From Chitinophaga sp. (GTDB lineage Bacteria > Bacteroidota > Bacteroidia > Chitinophagales > Chitinophagaceae), in NCBI RefSeq assembly GCF_019236475.1, contig NZ_JAFAIX010000012.1, positions 1,120,619-1,184,618 of the forward strand: a DNA stretch of 64,000 nt, written 5' to 3'. The position numbers and the translations under genes are program-made. Position 1 is the first letter of the stretch. Each line of letters begins with the position of its first letter. Below the pieces are notes generated by a model. The model made no database searches. It had not been told where the DNA came from and saw only the letters and a program-made list of their open reading frames with translations. Of the stretch, positions 7,747 through 17,700 are shown piece after piece.

Positions 7747-10101
7747 ATGGTAAGAAAACTCTGTTGTGTTCTTCTTGCATTGTGCCCTGTTACCCTTGTT
7801 TATGCACAACAAGAAGTTGTTACCCTTGATCTGAAGAGAGATCCTGTAGCAACGCGGGCTGTCAGAGCGGTAATGCTGGATTCTATTTTGAAGAAATACC
7901 CTATGGATACGGCTTTGCATAAAGCCGGGATACAATCAGGATTTCAGCAATACGTTTCCCGTAACTATGGCACGCAAGAATTATCCAAAATGAAGGATGC
8001 ATCCAAGATGATGTCTGATTCTCTCAGCGCCAAGAAATATTTTGATACCAGATTACGTAGCCTGTATGCCATGAAGGATAACTTTCCGGGCCTGTCTGCA
8101 TTTCCTAAGCATGTGCTGGGAAATAAGTTTGGTGGCGCTAATGCTGCCATCACCTACAATAATGCACCTGGAAATATTGCACCTGTTCAGGTTACAGGAT
8201 CTGTGAACGATCAGGTAACGCTGATGAATATCCCTTTTGATGTGAATTATACTTATCACACCGGACAGCCATGGGATTACCAGGAAGTGTTTGCAAGAGG
8301 TATGAAGCAGGTCAGTTTCAATAAAGAAGAATACGTGGAAAGACTAAGTAAACAGGTGAATAAGTCTTTTGATGTAAATAAATATTTCCTCCAGGATATT
8401 AATGTATCCGATGCTGTGAAAAAATACCTGCAAAACAAGCTGGATGAAGTAAAGACAGGCATTTCGCATCTTACTGGCGACAGTACGCTTCGGGATATTA
8501 TTAGTCCGGAAGAGTTGATCTACCTGGATTCTGCGCAAATAAAAAATGTACTTTCCTCTAATCAAACTATTCGGAATTTTCATCCGACGGATAGTAGTTC
8601 CATGCAGCAATACCTGGACAAGATTTATGCACTGAAGGCACAGGTGGCAAAGGATAAAACCGTGCAGCGGTTGATATCATCGCAGGATAAGCTGAACAAA
8701 ACTATTACTGGGGCTGTGGAAAATCCGGAATCAAAAAAAGATGCACTGCGCTCCCTCCTACCATTAAACTTTATGCAGAAACTTTTTTTGCAGATGAGAA
8801 GTTTGCAGATAGGAAATCTTTCCGGTGAAGGCAATGGATTGACGAAAGATCTTTTCCTGTCTGGGCTGCAAGGCTCCCTGCTTGCGAATAATAAGTTTGT
8901 GATGCTGGGATTAGGTAGTCGTAATGATGCACGTGATTTAAAGAATATCGGCTTAAACAATAGTATGGAGCCGGGTAGCTTTGCAATACAGTTTATGCAG
9001 TTAGGAACTGGTGATCTTAACGGTGCGCATACACATGTAGGCGTATTGAACGCGAACTCCAGGCAGCAGGGAAACTCCTTTAATATGCCAGTATTGCCAA
9101 GAAATATTTTTGTAGGCGCTGTTTCGGAGCAGATTGATTTAGGGCAATATGGAGTGATAGCAGCGGAGTTGGAGAAATCAAATGTTAGTTTGAAGAATGT
9201 TATGGGAGATAACAATTCTCTCCTGGCTTCTAAGGTAGCAGCAGCGGGCATGTTTAATGATTTTATGGAAACGATGTCCTTTGGACTGGATTATAACGGG
9301 GAGTTGAAATCGTGGAATCTTTCCCAGCGGGCATATGCCAAGTTCAGTGGGATGGCTTATAGTAATCCAGGATCGCCAGGTTCCACTAGAGGATCAGTGA
9401 AGTATGGGGTGAAGCTGGACAGGCAATTTCAGAAGAGAAGGATTGCGGTAGGATTCAGAATGGACAGGCAGGATACGCGTATTGCTGCCATGGGTGATTC
9501 CAAATGGAAGAACAGCCAGTTGGCGTTGGACTTCAGAATGCGTGTGAAAAAGAATTTATCTGTTAGTTCCCGCATTGCACAATCTATGATGAAAGGGGTT
9601 ACCGATAGTACCTCCTCCACTGGTTACGTGAATAGGAATATCACTGTTTCTTCGCAATGGAATGGACGCTTGTTTGCCGTGAATAATGCTACCAATGCCA
9701 CTTTTAGTCTGCAACAGGTGGATGTAGCTCCTGTGAAGAGTGTGTTATTGAACATGAACCTGAATCACAATATTATTTTGGGTAGTCATTTATTGTCGGT
9801 GAATGTGATGTACAATAAGGATTTGCGAGATGAAGCATTGTATGGTAACCTCATGACAGCGGAAACATCCTGGAGTTATAAGTTGACCAAGTTGCTAAAC
9901 TGTAGTTCCGGCATTACCTACCTGAATAACAAAGCGGTGGTACAGCAGGCAGGGGTAAGACAAACCATTGGCGCTAACCTGATGAAAAGAATGGATGTTA
10001 ACCTGTTCTTAGACTGTAGGAAGAATCTGCAGAATACAACTCAAAATTATTTATTCGGAACCTTTACCACTTCGCTGGCAATACATTATCAATTGAACTA
10101 A
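7747..10101 (+). CDS. Secreted protein, first gene of the RHS operon; C-terminal part possibly an outer-membrane beta-barrel
   Basis: 784 aa with signal peptide MVRKLCCVLLALCPVTLVYA/QQ. The N-terminal half is K/E/Q/S-rich and looks helical. The last ~280 aa show alternating hydrophobic/polar strands (IAVGFRMDR, LALDFRMRV, ITVSSQWNG, LSVNVMYN, TSWSYKL, VNLFLDC, TTSLAIHYQLN). No family recognised. Confidence 0.7.
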   Translation: MVRKLCCVLLALCPVTLVYAQQEVVTLDLKRDPVATRAVRAVMLDSILKKYPMDTALHKAGIQSGFQQYVSRNYGTQELSKMKDASKMMSDSLSAKKYFDTRLRSLYAMKDNFPGLSAFPKHVLGNKFGGANAAITYNNAPGNIAPVQVTGSVNDQVTLMNIPFDVNYTYHTGQPWDYQEVFARGMKQVSFNKEEYVERLSKQVNKSFDVNKYFLQDINVSDAVKKYLQNKLDEVKTGISHLTGDSTLRDIISPEELIYLDSAQIKNVLSSNQTIRNFHPTDSSSMQQYLDKIYALKAQVAKDKTVQRLISSQDKLNKTITGAVENPESKKDALRSLLPLNFMQKLFLQMRSLQIGNLSGEGNGLTKDLFLSGLQGSLLANNKFVMLGLGSRNDARDLKNIGLNNSMEPGSFAIQFMQLGTGDLNGAHTHVGVLNANSRQQGNSFNMPVLPRNIFVGAVSEQIDLGQYGVIAAELEKSNVSLKNVMGDNNSLLASKVAAAGMFNDFMETMSFGLDYNGELKSWNLSQRAYAKFSGMAYSNPGSPGSTRGSVKYGVKLDRQFQKRRIAVGFRMDRQDTRIAAMGDSKWKNSQLALDFRMRVKKNLSVSSRIAQSMMKGVTDSTSSTGYVNRNITVSSQWNGRLFAVNNATNATFSLQQVDVAPVKSVLLNMNLNHNIILGSHLLSVNVMYNKDLRDEALYGNLMTAETSWSYKLTKLLNCSSGITYLNNKAVVQQAGVRQTIGANLMKRMDVNLFLDCRKNLQNTTQNYLFGTFTTSLAIHYQLN

Positions 10102-10103
10102 TT

Positions 10104-11207
10104 ATGCGCAAGATATTTTTTGGTATTTGCATATTTTTTTTATGTCTCCCGATGTTAGGGGCTGCGCAGGTAACAACAGTGTTTCTCCCCGAAATACAGG
10201 GGCGTACGCTAGATGGATTGTTACAGGCTAAATTCAGCAGTTCCTTGAATTCCAGGCAGCGGGTAGTACTTACTATTACTGTTACCGCTGCATCTGTAGG
10301 AAAGGTGGTGGTGGTGAAAACGTCTCCATTTGATTTGCAACCAGGTGTTAATTCATTGCCCGGTGGAATGTTGAATGGCGCCAGTGTACAGTTTGGTAAT
10401 AATAAAATAGCAACGATACTGCGACAGGCAGGATTTTTTTCAGAAGCAGATTATGAATATTGTTTCGAATTGACTTCTGGAGAGAGCCATGGGAGTGGTA
10501 TGCCAGTAGGACAGCAATGTTTTGATTATGCCCTGAAGCCATTTTCTCCTTTAATGCTTACCTCCCCGATGGATGAGGATAAGATATGTGATAAACGTCC
10601 GAACTTTTTCTGGCAGCCATTATTGCCTGCTATACCTGGTGTGCAGTACAGGATAATACTGACTAAAGTAAATACTGGTCAGCGAAAGGCAGATGCATTG
10701 AGATATAATGTACCGTTGATTAATCAGTCTTTTATCAATACGCCGATGATGTATTTTCCTCCGGCGATTCCTGAATTGGTAGAAGGGGAGAAATATGCAT
10801 GGCAGGTGACAGCTTATCGTGGGGATATGTTATTACAATCTTCCGAGATGTGGGTGTTTACTGTGCAATGTAAGGATAGTAGCAAAGCCTTGACTCCAGA
10901 AAGTTTCCGTGATATTGATGATCTGGCAAAAGGTAATTTTTACCTGGCGAATGGCTATATACGATTTGCTGTGAGGAATGTGTACACCAATGTGAAACTG
11001 AGGTATGACATTCAATGTCTGACAGCGCCTGATAAGAAAGTAAAATATTTGCCGGTTATAGCCTTACAACAAGGTAATAATCATATAGAGATTGATTTGT
11101 CTGAGAACCGTTCTATGCAGGATGGCGCCTATTATATATTGACATTGCATCTCCCAGATGGTACTACAAAACAATTAAGATTCCTGTTTAAAAAAGAAGT
11201 GAACTGA
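10104..11207 (+). CDS. Secreted hypothetical protein (RHS operon gene 2)
   Basis: 367 aa with signal peptide MRKIFFGICIFFLCLPMLGAAQ. It starts 2 nt after the previous stop. No family recognised. Confidence 0.7.
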   Translation: MRKIFFGICIFFLCLPMLGAAQVTTVFLPEIQGRTLDGLLQAKFSSSLNSRQRVVLTITVTAASVGKVVVVKTSPFDLQPGVNSLPGGMLNGASVQFGNNKIATILRQAGFFSEADYEYCFELTSGESHGSGMPVGQQCFDYALKPFSPLMLTSPMDEDKICDKRPNFFWQPLLPAIPGVQYRIILTKVNTGQRKADALRYNVPLINQSFINTPMMYFPPAIPELVEGEKYAWQVTAYRGDMLLQSSEMWVFTVQCKDSSKALTPESFRDIDDLAKGNFYLANGYIRFAVRNVYTNVKLRYDIQCLTAPDKKVKYLPVIALQQGNNHIEIDLSENRSMQDGAYYILTLHLPDGTTKQLRFLFKKEVN

Positions 11208-11737
11208 TGAAGAATTATATAGTAGGAATGCTGGTTGTTACTGGGTTCCTGGCCTGTAACCAGGTGAAGAAAGAACTGAAGGAGAAAATCGTGTCTCCCG
11301 AAACAAATCTTATACAAACAAAACAGATACATGAAACAACCGTTGGCATGTCCTATTTACCGGCTGGTTGGTTGCGTAAGCAAACACAGGATGCAGAGCG
11401 GGATTTCAATCATCAGTTGACCTTTAAAATTAACATCAAAAGTGTTAATGGCGCGCAGTTGCAAGAAGTTAGTCAGCGTCAGGCAGCATCTTATGGATTA
11501 GACACTGTTTTTCAGTTGATATCTGGACGGGATACATTAGCACCGTTGGTAGCAGAGCGGGAAGCGAATGGAAATATTGGAGGCGTGGTATACCTGGTTA
11601 CATTTATCCGACCAGAACAGCCTGCCAATGAAATGCTGCTGGTATACAAAGATTGGCTGTATACCTCTACCAGATTGGTATTCCCGTTAAAAAAACTATT
11701 CATTCATCAAGCAGATTCCCTTAGCCAAAGATTATGA
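11207..11737 (+). CDS. Lipoprotein (RHS operon gene 3)
   Basis: 176 aa. Lipobox MLVVTGFLAC. The ATG overlaps the previous TGA by 1 nt. Confidence 0.7.
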   Translation: MKNYIVGMLVVTGFLACNQVKKELKEKIVSPETNLIQTKQIHETTVGMSYLPAGWLRKQTQDAERDFNHQLTFKINIKSVNGAQLQEVSQRQAASYGLDTVFQLISGRDTLAPLVAEREANGNIGGVVYLVTFIRPEQPANEMLLVYKDWLYTSTRLVFPLKKLFIHQADSLSQRL

Positions 11738-14700
11738 TATTAAGAAACAAAAGAGTAAAGAAGCCGCTAGCGATATTCTTTTTATCGTTGTGGGCATCCG
11801 AATTGTTACTCCCATTACAGTCGCTGGCATTGACTTCCGGCCCCAAACAGCCAGAGACTATGCAATTTCAGCCAGCGGGTACTACAGATATGGTTAACCT
11901 GTTTTCAGGTGCATTTAAATATAATATTCCGTTACTGGATATTGATGGTTATCCTGTCAATTTAAACTATGCTTCTGGCGCCGGTATGGACGATGAAGCT
12001 AGTTGGGTTGGCTTAGGATGGAACCTGAGCGTAGGAGCTATTAACAGGCAATTGCGTGGTGTTCCGGATGATATGAGCGGAGATAATATCCTCACAGAAC
12101 ATTCTACCGAAGATAATTTGACCTATGGTGTTACGGGGACGGTTAGAGGAGAATTATTTGGGTCTAATCTGGCAAAATTATCTGGTTCTATAAATGTGGG
12201 TATATTCAGTAATAATTATACCGGTATGGGCGCTGAAGTGGGTGCCAATGCGGGTTTGAAGTTAGGTTTGGTGACTTCCGGATATTTAACAGCAGGCCTG
12301 AATGCTGGGATTAATTCTAATACCAGCAGTGGTGTGTCTGTGGATGCGGGCATGTCGTTAAGTTCTCAGTTAACCCGGTATGATAAAGGGAATGTGAGTG
12401 TTGGACTTTCTGCGAACCTGGGATATAATACCAGGGAAGGGTTGAAAGCATTGACGCTTGGTGCTAACTTTTCCGCCATCACCTGGCCTTTTTCTGTAGG
12501 CCATGTGTATATGTTCAATACCCCTCCGTTTAATCCTAAGATTAATATACCCTACAAGAACACTAGTAGGTCTTACTCGTTGGATCTGGGATTTTCAGGA
12601 TTTGGCGCATTCACCGGAGCTGGTCTTACGGGATATATGACTCGCCAGAGCGTTGCGAGTAAATCGCGTAATACTCCCTCTTATGGCGCTTTGTATGCCG
12701 ATAAGGGGTCCAATAATGTGAATGCCGTGATGGACTTCATGCGGGAGAAAGATAATCCCGCTATTCCTAATCTGCCTAATCTTCCGGTATCTACTTTGAC
12801 ACCAGATGTATTTACCTATGATCATCAGGCTGGTTCCGGACAGTTCCGACTTAGAAGAGGTGGGGCTGCAGTTATTTTTGATAATGGGACCAAGGATCTA
12901 TCCGACAACTTTACAGCTGGTGGCGACTTTGGTGTTGGAGGTTATTTTCATGGAGGGGTTACCCTTTATAATCAATCGATCGTAAATAAGTCAGGTAAAT
13001 GGTCATCTGAGAATAGTTATCTGAGAATAGGCGATTATAAAAATGATATAACCAATCCTGCTGAAGAGCAGGCTTATTTCAAGCCGGATGGTGACCTTAT
13101 TGCGGAAGATGGGCAATATGATAATATGATTTATGGAGAGGATATCGTTGATGTACCGTTGAGTGGGAAATCCACCTTAAAGCAGTTAAAGAATATTAAG
13201 AATGATGCTGTTACTACTGTTCCGCTGAAGAAAAACGGTCGCCAGCCCAGGACCACTGTTATTTCATATCTGACAAATGCACAAGCATCCAAGTTAAAAG
13301 GTAAGCGTATTTTCAGTTATCCTTTGTTGAATGATAACTTTAATGCGCCTAGTTGCAGTGCAGTTGGAGGACAGGAAGTACCACGATTGGGAGGATATCG
13401 CAAGGCAAACCACATCAGTATGTTTACAATTACAGAAACAGATGGTAAACGTGCTGAATATGGTATTCCCGTTTATAATATAGCGCATGATGAGTTCACT
13501 GTAGCGGCTGACCCCTCATTAAGGACAGCAGAAGGGGACAAAAATGGCCTTACAGGCCTTAGGTTGGATCCCAATAACAGTGAAAACCTGGCGCCTTACA
13601 GCGCTTCCAAGGATAAATTTTATCATCATGAGCAGCAGCCAGCATATGCCTCTTCTTACCTGTTGACAGCATTATATAGTCCTGATTATGTCGATGTGAC
13701 CAATGATGGTATTTCAGATGATGATCCTGGTACTGCTATTAAATTTAACTATTCCCGTGCTACCGCTAATTACAGGTGGAGAACGCCTATGGCCGTAGGA
13801 ATGGGGAGTTTGAACAAAGGGTTGAATGCAGATCCGGAGGATGATCGTGTATCTGTTGTTACTGGTGCTAAAGAATTATGGTATATACATTCTATCGAGA
13901 CTAAAACAAAGATTGCCTATTTCCTGACGGACGACAGAGAGGATGCATTGGGAGTAAAGAATCTAAATGGAGAGCTGGATTTGAACAATAGGCAGCGTCG
14001 TTTGAAGAAGATTGTGTTGTACTCAAAGTCGGATCTGACCAAACCTATTAAGACGGTGGTTTTAAATTATGATCCAAATTATGCTCTTTGTGGGGGGGTA
14101 CCTAACAATGCAAATGGGCATGGTAAGTTAACGTTAGCAGAGGTATATTTCCAATATGGCACCTCCGATAAGGGAAAGTATAACAGGTACACGTTTGATT
14201 ACGAAAATGCTGCTTTCTCTTATATGTCTACCGACCGGTGGGGAGGTTATAAACCTCAGAACTTTAATGCTTTAGGCGGTTTCGGAGAGATGAAGAATGA
14301 TGAGTTCCCGTATGTCATCCAGCATGAGAGTACTGCTACTGGTTATCCCGCTCAGTGGAACCTGATATTCATTAGTCTGCCGAGTGGCGGCCGAGTATCG
14401 GTGAACTATGAATCTGGAGATTATGCTTATGTGCAGGATAGGAAGGCGATGCAAATGGTAAAGCCAACGGGATTGATCACTGATATAAATGCGACTACCA
14501 CCACCAATTCACTACAGATAGCGCGTGGGTTTGTATTACCTGCACCTGGACCATTACGAGGAAGTTCAGATGAAGAAAAGGTACGGAATTTTGTAAATGA
14601 TTACCTGGGAGGCCGAAACGACTTTTATGCCCGACTAAAAGTAAATATGACGGACACTCCAGATGCGACGGATGATTCGAATTATGATATAGTGCCGGCT

Positions 14701-17700
14701 TATGGGGAGGTGGAAGCCGTGAAGGACAATGGCAATGGCACATTCAATGTTATTTTCAAGAATGTTACAGAAGGAGGTGTTTCTACCAATCCGTTCCAGA
14801 TGGCAGCCTGGCAGAAAATGCGGCTAGATTACCCCATGTATGCTTATCCGGGTTATAAGAACCGTATTAGAAATGATATGCCTATTGAAGCGGCATTAAA
14901 TGCATTAGTAAACGCCATTGGAAACTTATCAGAGATCAGGCAGAATTTCAACAAACGTGCAGCCAGGAAAATGTTTGCCAGTAAGGTAAATCTGGAGCGG
15001 AGTTTTGTACGTCTTGTAAAGGCCGATGGGCGTAAGTATGGTGGTCCTTCAAGGGTGCGTAGTATTGAGCTAACAGATCTCTGGAGTGTGATGGGAGGTA
15101 CTCCGGCAAGTGATGCATATTATGGCCAGACGTATGAATATACTCTCCATGAAAATGGTAAGGAGATCAGTAGTGGAGTCGCTTCTTATGAGCCATATAT
15201 TGGAGGAGACGAGAACCCTATGAGGATGCCGGTGCCTTATAGTCAAATATCCAGAGGTACCCTGAATAATAATTTCTATTTAGAAGAGCCATTTGGAGAA
15301 TCCCTGTTCCCTGCCCCAAGTGTGGGATATCGTAGTGTGCGTGTCCGTGATATGGTAAATGGCGGTGTAGATCCGAACAAGCTTACCGGCTGGGTGCAGC
15401 ATGAATTTTATACGGCTAAAGATTTCCCTGTAATTGTAAAAAGTCAGCCAAGGCCGGAAGTATTCCAAAATGGACCATACGGAACTACCAGCTTTACTGG
15501 AGGTCGGGAAATATACCAGTTAAGCATGTCGCAGGGGTATGTGGTGATGACTAATGATATGCATGGAAAGCCCAAAGCAGAAAGAGTATTTAACCGTTCT
15601 GGCGCTGAGATATCTTCTACAGCATATTTCTACAAATCGGATCCGTTGGATGCTGGGAGAATGAAGTTAAATAATGCTGTTACTACGGTAGATGAGAATG
15701 GTGTACTTCATCAGAATGAGGTCATTGGACGGCAGATAGAACTGGTGACGGATATGAGAGAAGCCGAGAATACTAATACCGGAACGTCAATACAAATAGG
15801 CGTAGATGTTATTCCTATTTGGGGCTTTTCGGTGCCAATCCCTCACTGGCCGAAGCGGAATAATGACAGTTATAAACTCTTCAGGTCTGCATCTACTTTA
15901 AAACTTATAGAACAGACGGGCATCCTGGATCATGTTGTGAAAACTGTCAATGGATCTTCCGCAGTTACTAATAACCTGGTGTTTGACCGTAATACCGGTG
16001 GCCCGGTTGTAACCTCCACAACCAATGAATTCAATGATCCAGTATATAGTGTGACGATGCCAGCATATTGGAAATATACAGGTATGTCTGGTGCCTATAA
16101 GAATATCGGTTCGGAGTTTCCTCCCATTGCGACTAATAGTACAGGGTACATTGTGTCTGGTTATATTAACCTCTTCACGCAGGGCGACGAATTAATGGAT
16201 CTGGCTACAGGGCAACGTTTGTGGGTTATCAAGACCGCTGCTAATGGAACAGGGACTAAGTATCTCCGGCTTATCAATGATGCTGGAACAGTAGTGCCTA
16301 ATTATGCTGGTATGGTGAAAGTAATCAGATCTGGTTACCGGAATCTCCTTGGTGCTCCGGCTGAATCAGTAGTATGTTTGAAGAATCCATTGGGAGGTAA
16401 TAGGATTAATGTGCTTTCTGAAGGAGATATGAGTGCATATAAGGTTTTGAGTGCTTCTGCTGTATTATATGAAGAAGAGTGGTCAGCCAGGAGGGATTGC
16501 AATTGCCCTACTGGATATGTGAGTGCTCCGGACGGAAATACTTGTTATAAATTGGCAGATAAGAATCCCAATCCTTTACTGAACCTGATACGCGGATTAC
16601 AGCATCCATTATATGGTACGGATGGAGTGGTAATTGATTCCTCTGGGATGACAACGAAGAGTAATTTTTGGGGTGGCAGTTGTGGGATAGTGACATTTAT
16701 GTCTGCCAATACTATGCGAATGGCAGGAGATACCCCGCTTATGGCCAAAAAGGCGGCTAATGCAGGAGTGTATAGCCAGAATACTACAACAGACACTTAT
16801 TGCGGAAGATTGAATACATGTGGAATCTGGTTTAATGAGGCGCCCGATTATCCTTATACGAATAGGTGGATTGTGTTGGAAACCTGTCTGAAAGTGGACC
16901 AGTCAGGCAATTATACCTTAGGGTATGGGGTTGATAATGCAGCAAAAATTTACATTGACGGGAATCAGGTAGTTAATGCTGATGCTAATGATTGTTGCAC
17001 GTATCTGAAATGGCATTTAAACCGAGTGTATCTGACAGCAGGTACACACAGGCTGAGAATAGAGGGAATGAATACTGGGTATAACGCAGTCCTGGGAGTG
17101 GAAGTTTACAGAGGAACACCTGAGCCGCTGATCACCACAGGAATAGAAGGTGGTGGAGTAGATATAGTTTTTAGTACAAAAGATTTACTGGGGTCAGGTA
17201 CTTTTTATACTGCCGAATTGCTTAACGCAGATCGTACATCTTTTATGCGTCTATACAATTGCAATACGATAGATGTTTGTCGCGGTATTCCAACATGTGA
17301 TAGTGTAACCGGCAATCCACCAATCAATCCTTTCATTAAAAATATCCTGGGTAACTGGCGTCCATCAGAAGAGAAAACTTACCTGGTTAACAGGAATGAC
17401 AACGGTGTGGTGGATAATCGTCAGGATGGGGCCATGGTACGTAGTGGTGGAACATTCACTTCATTTAAGCCTTATTGGTATTTCAGTGCCAGCTTAGGTG
17501 GATGGGTGAATGATACGAACAGTAATAAATGGATTACGAGTAGGTATATCACGTCTTTCAATCAGAATGGAGAGGAAGAAGAAAATAAGGATGCTTTGTT
17601 GCGTTACAGTGCCGCTTTATTTGGATATCAGCATCTTCTTTCTGTGGCAGTTGGCGCTAATGCCATGAAACGGGAGTTATACTTTGATGGCTTTGAAGAT

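Noticed and set aside
8625-9251. 208-aa minus-strand ORF inside the 784-aa operon gene
   Set aside because: It is antisense to a gene with a signal peptide and coupled downstream genes. It has no motifs and is a shadow ORF.
7747-10101. 784-aa first operon protein as a TcA-like component, or the operon as a T6SS/T9SS cargo locus
   Set aside because: It is far too small for TcA (~2500 aa) and I could see no TcA-like features. No Hcp/VgrG/PAAR/TssB-C-like ORFs and no T9SS C-terminal sorting domain are recognisable in the window. This leaves the delivery route open rather than assigned.
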